Shown piece after piece: positions 27,474 to 37,993 of a stretch of DNA of 64,000 nucleotides; position 1 is the first letter of the stretch; every line of letters starts with the position of its first letter. The notes under the pieces were generated by a model, which made no database searches, was not told the DNA's origin, and worked only from the letters and a program-made list of their open reading frames with translations. Origin of the DNA: a virus; IMG/VR virus record IMGVR_UViG_3300027782_000036; one strand, given 5' to 3'. Position numbers and translations under genes: made by a program.

Positions 27474-28791
27474 TGAATATTCAAAGAAAGTCTTACCTTT
27501 CATAAAAAGTGAATATTTTTCAGATAGAACAGACAAACTAATTCATGAACAAATTAATGATTATATACTCAAGTATAATTCATTACCATCTTATGAAGCT
27601 TTAGTATTATCCCTTAAAGAGAAAAATGGACTTACTGCCGAAGAGGTGAATAAGTCCACCGAACTCTTACAAGAAATAAATCAAACAAAAAATGAAGAAT
27701 CCAAACTAGATTGGCTTCTTGACGTTACCGAAAAGTTCTGTCAAGAGAAGGCTATCTATAATGCGGTATTGGATTCTATTCATATTCTCGATAACAAGTC
27801 TAAGAACGATAAAGGGGCCATTCCTGGCATACTTTCCGATGCTCTGGCAGTGTCTTTTGATAGCCATATAGGTCATGATTACTTGGGTAACTCGGATGAA
27901 CGATATGACTTCTACCATAGAAAAGAAGAAAGAATACCATTTGATCTAGAGTATTTCAATAAGATCACCAAAGGTGGTTTACCACAAAAGACTTTGAATA
28001 TTGCTTTGGCTGGTACCGGTGTCGGTAAGTCATTGTTTATGTGTCATGTGGCCGCAGGTGCAATGGTTCAAGGACGCAATGTTCTTTATATTACGATGGA
28101 AATGGCAGAAGAAAGAATTGCCGAACGTATTGATGCAAACCTACTGAATGTTAGACTGGACGACCTTACAGACTTACCAAAAGACGTTTATGACAAGAAA
28201 ATTGGTAAAGTTCGTGAAATGACTACAGGAAAGCTAATTATTAAAGAGTATCCGACTGCGGCGGCCAGTGCTGTCCATTTTCGAACACTTCTTAACGAAT
28301 TGAATTTAAAGAAGAATTTCGTACCTGATATTATATTCATAGATTACCTAAATATTTGTTGTTCCTCTAGAGTTAAACCAGGGGCTTCGGTCAATTCTTA
28401 TACTTACATTAAAGCGATTGCCGAAGAGTTGAGAGGTTTGGCTGTAGAGTTTTCAGTACCAATCGTGAGTGCCACACAGACTACAAGAAGTGGTTTCACC
28501 AATTCTGACCCAGGTCTTGAAGACACATCAGAATCTTTTGGTCTACCAGCAACAGCTGACTTCATGTTTGCCTTAATTTCATCAGAAGAGATGGAAGAAT
28601 TAGGTCAAATCATGGTGAAACAGTTAAAGAACAGATATAATGATCCTACACATTATAAGAGATTTGTATTGGGTGTAGATCGAGCTAAGATGAAGTTGTA
28701 TGATGTAGAACAAGTTGCACAGGTTGACTTGGTAGATTCAGGTCAAAATCAAAAAACTTTTAAAAAGAATTTCGACGGATTTAAGATATGA
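27427..28791 (+). CDS. gp41: Replicative DNA helicase
   Basis: AGTGVGKS, EMAEERI, IDYLNI, SATQTTR, KQLKNRY. Confidence 0.96.
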   Translation: MMRTELTILKNLVFNDEYSKKVLPFIKSEYFSDRTDKLIHEQINDYILKYNSLPSYEALVLSLKEKNGLTAEEVNKSTELLQEINQTKNEESKLDWLLDVTEKFCQEKAIYNAVLDSIHILDNKSKNDKGAIPGILSDALAVSFDSHIGHDYLGNSDERYDFYHRKEERIPFDLEYFNKITKGGLPQKTLNIALAGTGVGKSLFMCHVAAGAMVQGRNVLYITMEMAEERIAERIDANLLNVRLDDLTDLPKDVYDKKIGKVREMTTGKLIIKEYPTAAASAVHFRTLLNELNLKKNFVPDIIFIDYLNICCSSRVKPGASVNSYTYIKAIAEELRGLAVEFSVPIVSATQTTRSGFTNSDPGLEDTSESFGLPATADFMFALISSEEMEELGQIMVKQLKNRYNDPTHYKRFVLGVDRAKMKLYDVEQVAQVDLVDSGQNQKTFKKNFDGFKI

Positions 28792-29396
28792 ACATAGTCA
28801 GAAAACTTAACAGGACAGTAGATACATTAAAACTACAAGGCCTGAAAGTTTCTGATATAGTTCAAAAGTTACAAAACAAATTCAGACAATACTTTATTAC
28901 TATTGAACATCATAAAACAAAAACAACAGGGTTTTCAATCACAGCATATCACCATTGTGAAAAACAAAAAAGTAGTTTGTTTATTTGTTGTAAGTCAGAT
29001 TGGCGATTAAAGAAAAAAGAATACGAAGAATTCAAATTTGAAATTGTATCAACCATATTACATGAACAGGTACACAATAGACAATTTGAAAAAAGATTAG
29101 CAATACTTCATGAATATGAATGTGGTTTTCATAGAAATGATGTGAACAAAACGGAAGACCAGAATTATTATGGCAATCCAGACGAGATAGAAGCATATGC
29201 AAATGATATAATTCTAGAATTGTCAAAAGCTGGAAAAGTTGAAGAAGGATTGAGAAAGCCAAAGAAAGTTGGAATAAATCATTCTAATTATCTTTATACA
29301 TATTATAGAGCATTTAAATCATTTCGTCATCCTGATATGAAGCGTTTACTTAAAGAATGTTATAAAATTAAAGACAAGGTGAAATGGGAAACTTAA
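28788..29396 (+). CDS. Hypothetical protein with an HExxH motif
   Basis: ILHEQVHNRQ ... YYGNPDEIEAYA. Confidence 0.55.
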   Translation: MNIVRKLNRTVDTLKLQGLKVSDIVQKLQNKFRQYFITIEHHKTKTTGFSITAYHHCEKQKSSLFICCKSDWRLKKKEYEEFKFEIVSTILHEQVHNRQFEKRLAILHEYECGFHRNDVNKTEDQNYYGNPDEIEAYANDIILELSKAGKVEEGLRKPKKVGINHSNYLYTYYRAFKSFRHPDMKRLLKECYKIKDKVKWET

Positions 29397-30496
29397 ATAC
29401 AGAACAAGCATTATACATCTCGAAGACATTTAAAGATTACTTTGATCAATATAGTAATATAGAATCATATATGAGGGAAGAAAAACTCAAATCTATTGAG
29501 TATCTTTCTAATCCTTTATTCCCTATTGAAGATGATTTATTCTCAGACTTTACTATGCATCCAAAAGATATGGACATAGAATTGTGTGAGATCAATCGAA
29601 CTCAATGGGAAGATTTAATGAATATTACTTCATCTCACATCAATAAAGCTCCCGTTGGTCGTAACATTGAATTGGCCGCCAGAGAAAAGAATACAGGCAA
29701 AATTCTAGGATTCATTCGTCTCGGTTCACCAATGATCTATATGAAACCACGTAATGTCTTGTTAGGTCAAGTCTTCTCACAACAACCAGAATGGTCTAAA
29801 CGTTTCAATAAAGCAACCATTATGGGTTTTGTGATTGTGCCATCACAACCTTTCGGTTTTAATTATCTTGGTGGTAAATTATTGGCTTTAATGTGTGCTT
29901 CACATGAAGTTAGAGAAATATGCAATAAGAAATATGGTATGGACTTATGTTTTTTTGAGACCACTAGTTTATATGGTTCAACTAAAGGTATGTCACAATA
30001 TGATGGTTTAAGTCCATATATAAAATATCGTGGTACAACTGATTCTGATATGATTCCTATGTTACATGGTAAAGATTGGGAAAACATGAGAGATTATGTT
30101 GAAAATATTGTAGGTGATATACTAGAAGGTGATGTATCAACAACTTCACGTAAACTAAGATCATTTATTAAAATTATTGCGATGGCTAAAGCTGCATTGA
30201 AAAACACATCTGAAGGTGAGAAGTTTAATAGTATTATTAATGGAGCTAAAACATTAACCGAGAAGAAAAGATATTATACAAGTAATTATGGTTTCTCAAA
30301 CTATATTGATTATGTAAATTGTAAAACTGATAAGTTAATTCCTGGTGAAAACTATGAGAAACATAATTTAGCAAATATGATTGAATGGTGGAGAAACAAA
30401 GCTAGTAATAGATATGATACACTCAAGGCGGAAGGTCGATTAAAGATGGATCTTGAAGTGTGGAATACAAATAAGAACATACAAATCATAAGATAA
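29384..30496 (+). CDS. DUF4338/DruA-like protein, paralog 2
   Basis: PFGFNYLGGKLLAL, ETTSLYG, SQYDGL. Confidence 0.55.
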   Translation: MGNLNTEQALYISKTFKDYFDQYSNIESYMREEKLKSIEYLSNPLFPIEDDLFSDFTMHPKDMDIELCEINRTQWEDLMNITSSHINKAPVGRNIELAAREKNTGKILGFIRLGSPMIYMKPRNVLLGQVFSQQPEWSKRFNKATIMGFVIVPSQPFGFNYLGGKLLALMCASHEVREICNKKYGMDLCFFETTSLYGSTKGMSQYDGLSPYIKYRGTTDSDMIPMLHGKDWENMRDYVENIVGDILEGDVSTTSRKLRSFIKIIAMAKAALKNTSEGEKFNSIINGAKTLTEKKRYYTSNYGFSNYIDYVNCKTDKLIPGENYEKHNLANMIEWWRNKASNRYDTLKAEGRLKMDLEVWNTNKNIQIIR

Positions 30497-30506
30497 ATAG
30501 AAAACT

Positions 30507-31775
30507 ATGGCTGATAAAGATAAACCTAAAATAAACACCAGACAACAAGAACTTGGATCAAAGTGGATTTTTGAACGAGTGTTGATTGATAATATAAAAT
30601 ATAATTCTGTTCAAGACATTACTAATGATAAAAAATATTTAGAATTACAATTAATTTTTGATCCAACTTTTAATCCTAAAAAAAGTAAAGAAGATCCCGT
30701 GCCGATGGATTGGTTAATTTCTTATTTTTCACAACAAAAAGCTCTTTTAACTAAGTTTCAACCAAATAAATTTAAAAAAGCCAAATTTGATCGTGACGGT
30801 GGATTTATGCAATTTATTTCAGACTTAGTAAAAAAATTAGGTATAATTAAAAAAGATGCATGGGATCCTGCGGATATTTGGATCGTCAATACGAACAAAA
30901 TACAAAACCTAGAAAAACAATTAAATGATCTTATTTTAATTAATGGTAAAATACCAGTTACACAATCGGATAGAGCTGCAAAAATACAAGAACTCAATAA
31001 AGTATTAAGAGATTTATATAGACAAGAAGCAATTATTGGTGTGTCTCTTAAAAAAGCAGGAAAAACAGCAATATATGTTGATGTTAATGTTGGAAAAAAT
31101 GAAGCAATAACTGAATCAGAATTTAAAGCAATAGAAAAAACTGTTTTTAAAATTGAATCAATAAAATGTATTTTAAAGAAACAAAATCTTAAAAATTTAC
31201 CAGAAAGATATAAAAGAATGAAAACAGATGGATATGCAAAAGGAACAAATCCACAAACATTCTTAACACAAGAAGTATACATGAAAATTCAAAATGGAAC
31301 TAAGCCACCAGATTCTTATGATTTCTATATTAAAGGTGATCAAACAAACCATTTTTCAAATTTAAAATTTGAACCAAAAGAACGTGGCGCTGGTGCAGCT
31401 CGTTTGGGTAAATCACCAATTGACATGGTGTTAAATTTATTAAAATCTTATGACAAATCATTTAAAAATGATCACACAACTTATGCTAAGACATTTGCCG
31501 ACATAAAAAAATCAGAATTATCTTCAGCATTTGATATATTAAATAAAACTGAGGGTTGTGATTTAGGTGGAGTTTCAAAGAAAGACTTTTTTATTAATTT
31601 ATCTGACGTATATTCTGGTGATCCAATACAAGCACATTCAAAAATTATGCAAATATATTTTCTTGCAGAAGTGTTATCATTAAAAGAAAATGAAAGAAAC
31701 AAATTTATGACCGATCTCATCTTCTTAGCTCAGAAAAAAGGAAGAACGTTCGGTCCGTTTGGTAAAATTTATTAG
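30507..31775 (+). CDS. Hypothetical late protein, possible PD-(D/E)xK-like nuclease
   Basis: WDPADIW ... IGVSLKK; GATAAATA late-type box at 30492. Confidence 0.5.
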   Translation: MADKDKPKINTRQQELGSKWIFERVLIDNIKYNSVQDITNDKKYLELQLIFDPTFNPKKSKEDPVPMDWLISYFSQQKALLTKFQPNKFKKAKFDRDGGFMQFISDLVKKLGIIKKDAWDPADIWIVNTNKIQNLEKQLNDLILINGKIPVTQSDRAAKIQELNKVLRDLYRQEAIIGVSLKKAGKTAIYVDVNVGKNEAITESEFKAIEKTVFKIESIKCILKKQNLKNLPERYKRMKTDGYAKGTNPQTFLTQEVYMKIQNGTKPPDSYDFYIKGDQTNHFSNLKFEPKERGAGAARLGKSPIDMVLNLLKSYDKSFKNDHTTYAKTFADIKKSELSSAFDILNKTEGCDLGGVSKKDFFINLSDVYSGDPIQAHSKIMQIYFLAEVLSLKENERNKFMTDLIFLAQKKGRTFGPFGKIY

Positions 31776-31783
31776 GAAATAAT

Positions 31784-32068
31784 ATGCCATTAGATTACAA
31801 TATACAAAACATATTAAAAGAATATGAAGACTTAACTGATGATTTTGGCTTTTCAGCCGTATCTGAAGCTGAGTATAATTCTGTTATAAGTAAATCAGCA
31901 GAAACAGCTGACGATTATAAACTAAGATTAGAAGAAGTGGAGAAGTTAATCATACCTTTCCTACAGAAACTATATAAGACTGCCGATAAAGAATATATCT
32001 ATTGGCCACATAGAAAACCAATTATTGAAGGTCAGATTAACAAGATTTTAAAATTAACTAGAGGATAG
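31784..32068 (+). CDS. Hypothetical protein
   Basis: DFGFSAV, KEYIYWP; AGGA RBS. Confidence 0.7.
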   Translation: MPLDYNIQNILKEYEDLTDDFGFSAVSEAEYNSVISKSAETADDYKLRLEEVEKLIIPFLQKLYKTADKEYIYWPHRKPIIEGQINKILKLTRG

Positions 32069-32071
32069 ATT

Positions 32072-32623
32072 ATGATTAAAGATTTTTCAAAGGTGTATGT
32101 GTCTGGTGCAGGTATTCCAGAATATATCAATCGTTTAGGTGAAGGTACCATTGGTCTTGAATTGGGTGTTTGGACTGGTGAAAACTTTGGTTACATTTTA
32201 CAACAATGTCCTGGCATTAAAACATTACATGGTATAGATCAATACAAACCATATGAAGATTGGAACAGGCCAATTACACAAGAAATGATTGATGATGTTA
32301 AACTTCAAGCATTTGCAAACATCAAAGCTTCCGGTCATGAAGATAAAGTCATATTTCATGAAGTATCGGCTAAAGAAGGTCTTGATCTTATTCCTGATGG
32401 ATCATTAGATTGGATTTTTGTTGATGGTGATCACTCATATGAACATGCTAAACACGACATCTCAGCCTATTATTCTAAAGTTCGTTCTGGTGGTTTATTC
32501 TCTGGCCATGACTTCAGTTTACCTGGTGTCACTAAGGCTGTAAAAGAATTCAGAGAAGAAAACAATATCAAAGAACAAATTATGTTCACTAATAATGATG
32601 TGTGGTTATGGTATAAGAACTAA
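32072..32623 (+). CDS. Class I SAM methyltransferase (Methyltransf_24-like)
   Basis: ELGVWTG, FVDGDHSYE, GGLFSGHD. Confidence 0.85.
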   Translation: MIKDFSKVYVSGAGIPEYINRLGEGTIGLELGVWTGENFGYILQQCPGIKTLHGIDQYKPYEDWNRPITQEMIDDVKLQAFANIKASGHEDKVIFHEVSAKEGLDLIPDGSLDWIFVDGDHSYEHAKHDISAYYSKVRSGGLFSGHDFSLPGVTKAVKEFREENNIKEQIMFTNNDVWLWYKN

Positions 32624-33288
32624 TGAGTAATATCTTTATTATTAGTTCCTGTTTGAAACCTAAAGTTGGTGTGATAGATCATGAAATCAGATACACTCAA
32701 ACATTAAACACAATCAAATCTATACGAGATAGAGTTTTGGATTCTATTATTGTATTTGTTGATTCATCACCTACACCAATCGATGATGTTAAAATAGAAA
32801 CAATAAAACATCAAGTTGATTATTTTGTGACTCTCTTTAATCATTCTAGAGCATTAGAAATGGGAGAACAAGGATTAAAAACACCAGGTGAAGCTTATAA
32901 CATGATTGTTGCTTTTGATATTATCAGAAGTATTGGTCTACAAAACGTTCAACGAGTATTTAAAATAACAGGTCGTGCCGAACTCACTGATGATTTCCAT
33001 ATTGAAGACTATAATGATTTAGGCGACAAATATATATTCAAAAAGAGAAACGCATCTTGGATGTCTCCAGCACTACAACTGGTAGATACCAGATTGTGGT
33101 CTTTTAGTTTTAATATGATAGAAGAGGTTGCCAACTTGATGGTAAACGTGTATAATGAATACTTCAATACGGGTTGGGATATGGAACATCTGGTATTCAA
33201 ACATATAGATAAAGAAAAATTTGTTGAAAAAGAAGTTCTTGGTTTAAAATGCCAAGTATCAAGTGACGGAAGAATCCAATATGACTAA
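32623..33288 (+). CDS. Hypothetical, glycosyltransferase-like protein
   Basis: RYTQTLNTIKSI and FKITGR; sits in a sugar gene cluster. Confidence 0.5.
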   Translation: MSNIFIISSCLKPKVGVIDHEIRYTQTLNTIKSIRDRVLDSIIVFVDSSPTPIDDVKIETIKHQVDYFVTLFNHSRALEMGEQGLKTPGEAYNMIVAFDIIRSIGLQNVQRVFKITGRAELTDDFHIEDYNDLGDKYIFKKRNASWMSPALQLVDTRLWSFSFNMIEEVANLMVNVYNEYFNTGWDMEHLVFKHIDKEKFVEKEVLGLKCQVSSDGRIQYD

Positions 33289-34024
33289 ACCATTAGTAAC
33301 AATTATTACAGCAACAACAGGAACAGAATATCTAGAAGACAATATTAGAAGTGTTCTTAATCAAACATATGATAATATCCAACATCTAATAGTTATTGAC
33401 GGCAAGCATCCACACGCTAATGTAATCATTTCAAACTATGGTGAACATAAAGGCAATAAAATAGATGTAATTCAACTACCTTATGCTACAGGAATAGACC
33501 AATATAATGGACATAGAATTTATGGTGCTTGTACCTATTTGGCCAAAGGTGAATACATTATGTTTTTAGATGAAGATAATTGGTTAGAACCTAATCACGT
33601 AGAATCGTTAGTTGAAGTTTCTAAAACAAATAAATGGGCATTTTCATTACGAAAAATTGCTGATATGGATGGCAACTATATATGTAATGATGATTGTGAA
33701 TCATTAGGTAAATGGCAATCAGTCATTAATGATTATTTTGTAGATGTCAACTGTTTCTTTTTACCAAAAGATTTAGCATTACAATTTTCACCAGGTTGGT
33801 ATAGACGTGCAAGACATCCACAAGAACAACCAGAAGTAGATAGATTATTAAGTATGTGGTTAAAAGGCAATAATTTCACATGTAACACAAACGGTGATTA
33901 TACAGTTAATTATCGAGCAGGCAATAGAGCAGATTCGGTTCAAGCTAAATTCTTTATAGAAGGTAATGAATTGATGAAACAAAAATATAATGGAGAATTC
34001 CCATGGCGCAAAAAGACCTCGTAA
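33281..34024 (+). CDS. Glycosyltransferase family 2
   Basis: SVLNQTY, VIDG, FLDEDN. Confidence 0.85.
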   Translation: MTKPLVTIITATTGTEYLEDNIRSVLNQTYDNIQHLIVIDGKHPHANVIISNYGEHKGNKIDVIQLPYATGIDQYNGHRIYGACTYLAKGEYIMFLDEDNWLEPNHVESLVEVSKTNKWAFSLRKIADMDGNYICNDDCESLGKWQSVINDYFVDVNCFFLPKDLALQFSPGWYRRARHPQEQPEVDRLLSMWLKGNNFTCNTNGDYTVNYRAGNRADSVQAKFFIEGNELMKQKYNGEFPWRKKTS

Positions 34025-34884
34025 TAGGTGTATTTTCAAACTACACATATGACTTTGTAAAACCTTGGATCAAATCAATAAAAGGAACAGGTTTTAAAGG
34101 TGATGTTATATTATATGCAATTGAAATTGACCAAGAAACAGTAGATAAGATTGTTGCTGACGGTGTTAAAGTCATCAAAGCCAAAAAAGAAGGCAACTTG
34201 ATGATTCACATGCAACGTTTTTTTTACATCTATGATTTTCTAAAAGAGTTCGGTGACAATTACAGATATGTCGTGTCAACCGATGTTCGTGATGTGATCT
34301 TCCAACAAAATCCAATAGAATTTTTAGAGACATTTGAAGCTAGAACAGCCATCATCACATCTGGTGAATCTATTCGTATTAAAGATGAGGCATGGAATCG
34401 TAATAACATTATTAAAAATTTTGGTGATTACTTCTATGATGAAGTTAAAGATAAAGAAGTCCAAAATGTTGGCATCTTAGCTGGAACAGTAACATATATG
34501 AAAGACTTATGTTTTGCACTATATCAGATGTCATTAAATCGACCTGATTGGGTTGCTGATCAAGCCGCTTACAATATGTTAGTTCATCATGAACCATGGA
34601 ATTCACTCGCAACAAAATGTGACTTACAGGACTCTTGGGCTATCAATGCTCACGTTACAAACTATGATCGAGAGAAAGAAAAGTTTGCACCATTCTTAAT
34701 GGATGTTCCACCTATTTTAGAGAATGGCCAGGTTGTTCATGGAACAACAAAAAGACCATTTTATATCATACATCAATATGATCGAGTTAAAGAATGGAAA
34801 AAGTTTTACGAAGAAAAGTATGATGTGAAGATAGAATCACAATATACTCCAGATGAAGATATGATTATTATAAGGACTGCTTAA
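34003..34884 (+). CDS. GT-A glycosyltransferase-like protein
   Basis: TDVRDVIFQ, DQAAYN, IIHQYDR. Confidence 0.65.
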   Translation: MAQKDLVIGVFSNYTYDFVKPWIKSIKGTGFKGDVILYAIEIDQETVDKIVADGVKVIKAKKEGNLMIHMQRFFYIYDFLKEFGDNYRYVVSTDVRDVIFQQNPIEFLETFEARTAIITSGESIRIKDEAWNRNNIIKNFGDYFYDEVKDKEVQNVGILAGTVTYMKDLCFALYQMSLNRPDWVADQAAYNMLVHHEPWNSLATKCDLQDSWAINAHVTNYDREKEKFAPFLMDVPPILENGQVVHGTTKRPFYIIHQYDRVKEWKKFYEEKYDVKIESQYTPDEDMIIIRTA

Positions 34885-34885
34885 T

Positions 34886-35800
34886 ATGAGATGCATAGTT
34901 ACAGGTGGAGCCGGATTCATTGGTTCACATATTGTTGATAGATTAGTTTTGATGGGTGCAGATGTTACCGTAATTGATGATGAATCGGCAACATGTCATG
35001 ATAATTTTAATTACAATGATATGGCTGAATATTATAAGTTTGATATTTCAGACTATAATCAAATTAGATCATTATTTGATGGCATAGATTATGTATTTCA
35101 TCTAGCCGCTGAATCTCGTATTCAACCAACAATTGATAATCCAATTTTAGGGTTTAGAACAAATACATTAGGCACAGTTACAGTATTACAATGTGCTAGG
35201 GAAGCGGGTGTCAAACGAGTAATGTATTCATCAACATCATCTGCTTATGGATTAAAAAATATACCACCACTCAAAGAAGATATGCTTGTAGATTGTTTAA
35301 ATCCATATTCAGTAGCTAAAGTCGCTGGTGAAAGTGCCTGTAAGATGTATACAGATCTATTTGGATTAGAAACAATTACATTTAGATACTTTAATGTATA
35401 CGGTTTAAGAGAACCACTTAAAGGTCCTTATGCTCCAGTTGTTGGTCTATTCTTACGAAAACATAAAGCTGGTGAAACATTAACGATTGTTGGTGATGGT
35501 GAACAACGAAGAGACTTCACTCATGTCAGTGATGTAGTTGAAGCTAACATATTGGCTATGACAAATGGTATTCCTGGAAGTTTATATAATATTGGTACAG
35601 GAAGAAATCATTCCGTCTTAGAACTTGCAGCTATGATATCAAATAATTTAGAATTCATTGCGCCAAGATTAGGTGAAGCAAGAGAAACTATGGCATGTAA
35701 TAATAAATCATTTACCGAATTGAAATGGACACCAGTCTATAAGATTGAAGATTATGTTGCGGAAAGATTAACGAATGGGTATAACGAATGGGTAATATAA
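34886..35800 (+). CDS. NAD-dependent nucleotide-sugar epimerase
   Basis: VTGGAGFIGS, HLAA, YSVAK, RYFNVYG, RDFTHV. Confidence 0.9.
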   Translation: MRCIVTGGAGFIGSHIVDRLVLMGADVTVIDDESATCHDNFNYNDMAEYYKFDISDYNQIRSLFDGIDYVFHLAAESRIQPTIDNPILGFRTNTLGTVTVLQCAREAGVKRVMYSSTSSAYGLKNIPPLKEDMLVDCLNPYSVAKVAGESACKMYTDLFGLETITFRYFNVYGLREPLKGPYAPVVGLFLRKHKAGETLTIVGDGEQRRDFTHVSDVVEANILAMTNGIPGSLYNIGTGRNHSVLELAAMISNNLEFIAPRLGEARETMACNNKSFTELKWTPVYKIEDYVAERLTNGYNEWVI

Positions 35801-36600
35801 CAATAGTAACGGCGTTTTTTGATATTGGTAGAGGTGATTGGACACCAGAAAAAGGTCTTCCACATTACTTACAACGATCAAACGAAACCTATCTAGAAAG
35901 ATTCGGCCATCTTGCCACTTTAAATAATGAAATGGTAATCTTCACATCAGCTGATTTGGTTGATAAGATTACACCATATCGTAAAGGTAAAGAAGACATT
36001 ACCAAGATTATTGCTATCGATTATAAAGATATGTTCAAAGAAGAACGTCTAAACATAGCGTTAATCCAAACAGATGAAGATTATAGAAGTAAGATCAACC
36101 CATCACAGATTAAGAATCCAGAATATTGGTCAGCTGACTATGTTTTGGTAAACTTCTTAAAATCACATTTTGTCAATCATGCAATCGAGAGTGGTTCTGT
36201 CACTAATGATACAGCAGCTTGGATAGACTTTGGTTACTGTCGAGATATGTCTATGTTAGGTGGTCATACTGAGTGGAACTATGATTTCACTAAAGATAAG
36301 ATTCACTTTTTCCAACATAAAGAATTTGATAATACCAAAACTATTTTAGATGTTATTGCCAACAATGATGTTCACATTCTAGGTGCCAAGATCGTGGCAA
36401 GTGTTGAGATGTGGCCTACATTAGAGAAGATAATGGATCACTCTATTAGAGAAATGATGAAACACAAGTTAATAGATGATGACCAAACGGTTATGTTAAT
36501 TTCAAGTCTTTTGAAACCTGAGCTATTTGAAATACATAAAATTGTGCCGGATCATACATGGATTGAACATAATTCGATTTTCAAAGAATATAACGTATAA
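35788..36600 (+). CDS. HtrL/YibB-family protein
   Basis: TIVTAFFDIGR, AWIDFG, DDDQ. Confidence 0.8.
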   Translation: MGNITIVTAFFDIGRGDWTPEKGLPHYLQRSNETYLERFGHLATLNNEMVIFTSADLVDKITPYRKGKEDITKIIAIDYKDMFKEERLNIALIQTDEDYRSKINPSQIKNPEYWSADYVLVNFLKSHFVNHAIESGSVTNDTAAWIDFGYCRDMSMLGGHTEWNYDFTKDKIHFFQHKEFDNTKTILDVIANNDVHILGAKIVASVEMWPTLEKIMDHSIREMMKHKLIDDDQTVMLISSLLKPELFEIHKIVPDHTWIEHNSIFKEYNV

Positions 36601-36603
36601 ATA
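36596..36603 (+). promoter_or_regulatory. T4-type late promoter
   Basis: TATAAATA ahead of the internal-protein cluster; GATAAATA variants at 40306 and 43767. Confidence 0.7.
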
Positions 36604-36638
36604 GTTATATCATTACGACCATAGTGTGTTGTTAACCA

Positions 36639-37805
36639 ATGAAAACTTTTTATACCCATTTAACCGAGCAGGCCGAAGGTGAGAAACTCACCCATATCGA
36701 GCATTTAGAAGACCATCCAATCAATAATGGATCTGAAGGATTTAAAAAATCCATAGATGTTCTACATGGTGTTAAACAACACATTCTTGCTGGCCGCAAT
36801 AATTCAGATTTAACTATGAAACATGATGGATCACCGTCTATTGTTTATGGTCATCATCCAGAAACTGGTAAGTTTTTTGTTGCCACCAAATCAGCTTTCA
36901 ATAAAACACCAAAGATTAACTATACAGATAAAGACATTGAAAAGAACCACGGTCATGCTCCTGGTCTAGTAGATAAACTTAAATCTGCATTACATAATAT
37001 TCCAAAAATAGCACCTAAAAAAGGTGTTTTCCAAGGTGACGTTTTACATTCCGGCACTGATGTAGAAAAGAAAAATGGTAAAGTAAATTTTACGCCTAAT
37101 ACAATTACATATTCAGCTAAAAAAGATTCACCAGAAGGACAAAAGATAGCCAAGTCTAAATTTGGATTATACACTCATACTGAATATAGAGGTGACGATG
37201 CTTCTTCGATGAAAGCACATTTTAATCCTAATCTATCGGGTTTTAAACAAAATGCAGATGTCTATCATAGAGAACCTGGCCATGATACATCTAAAACACC
37301 ATTGAAACCAGAAGATTCAAAAGAATTTGATAAACACGTTCAAGCTGCTGAAAAATTAAATAAAGAATCTGGTAATAAAATGTATGCTTCTGTTGAACCA
37401 CACAAAGAACATATTAAAACATATATTAATCATACAGTAAAAACTGGTGAAACTCCAAGTGCTGAAGGACTTGCTAATCACATTACAGGTAAACTTGGTA
37501 AAGTAATTGACAAGTTAAAAACACCAAAAGCTAAAGAAGCCAAGACTCAAGAATTAAAAAATCATTTATCTCACATTGAAAAGAATAAAAATCATCTTGA
37601 TAATGTATTTCAAATGCACCATCACCTACAACAAGCAAAAAATGTATTAGTAAAAACACTATCACGAAATACTGGTGGACTTGAACATACAATTAATGGT
37701 CAAAAAGTTAAACCTGAAGGCTTTGTTTATAATCATAACGGTGAAGCAACTAAATTAAATGATAGGGCTGAGTTTAATAGACTTAATGCTTTAAAAAGAC
37801 AATGA
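36639..37805 (+). CDS. Putative ligase-fold nucleotidyltransferase (DUF6267-like) with a capsid-targeting-like N-terminus
   Basis: MKTFYTHLTE; KHDG (motif I), FQGD (III), PEGFV (IV), K (V). Confidence 0.55.
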   Translation: MKTFYTHLTEQAEGEKLTHIEHLEDHPINNGSEGFKKSIDVLHGVKQHILAGRNNSDLTMKHDGSPSIVYGHHPETGKFFVATKSAFNKTPKINYTDKDIEKNHGHAPGLVDKLKSALHNIPKIAPKKGVFQGDVLHSGTDVEKKNGKVNFTPNTITYSAKKDSPEGQKIAKSKFGLYTHTEYRGDDASSMKAHFNPNLSGFKQNADVYHREPGHDTSKTPLKPEDSKEFDKHVQAAEKLNKESGNKMYASVEPHKEHIKTYINHTVKTGETPSAEGLANHITGKLGKVIDKLKTPKAKEAKTQELKNHLSHIEKNKNHLDNVFQMHHHLQQAKNVLVKTLSRNTGGLEHTINGQKVKPEGFVYNHNGEATKLNDRAEFNRLNALKRQ

Positions 37806-37993
37806 AATCATTTAAGTCATTTTTAGAAGCAAGAGCTCCTTTAGTTAAAACTGATGTTGATGATTTACATAAAGAATTAGCATCTCATGATTTTGCTCAA
37901 AGAAATTCTTCTTCTGAAAAAGCTAAAGAATATCACAGAACTCAGGCATTAAAAGTTCTTGAAAAAATGAAAAAAAGAATTGGAATGAAATGA
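37802..37993 (+). CDS. Small putative internal head protein
   Basis: MKSFKSFLEA leader. Confidence 0.6.
   Translation: MKSFKSFLEARAPLVKTDVDDLHKELASHDFAQRNSSSEKAKEYHRTQALKVLEKMKKRIGMK

Noticed and set aside
30758-31282. Long antisense ORFs such as the 174-aa one here and those at 39988, 40508 and 44867
   Set aside because: They are reverse-frame shadows of strongly biased coding genes, with no RBS or motifs
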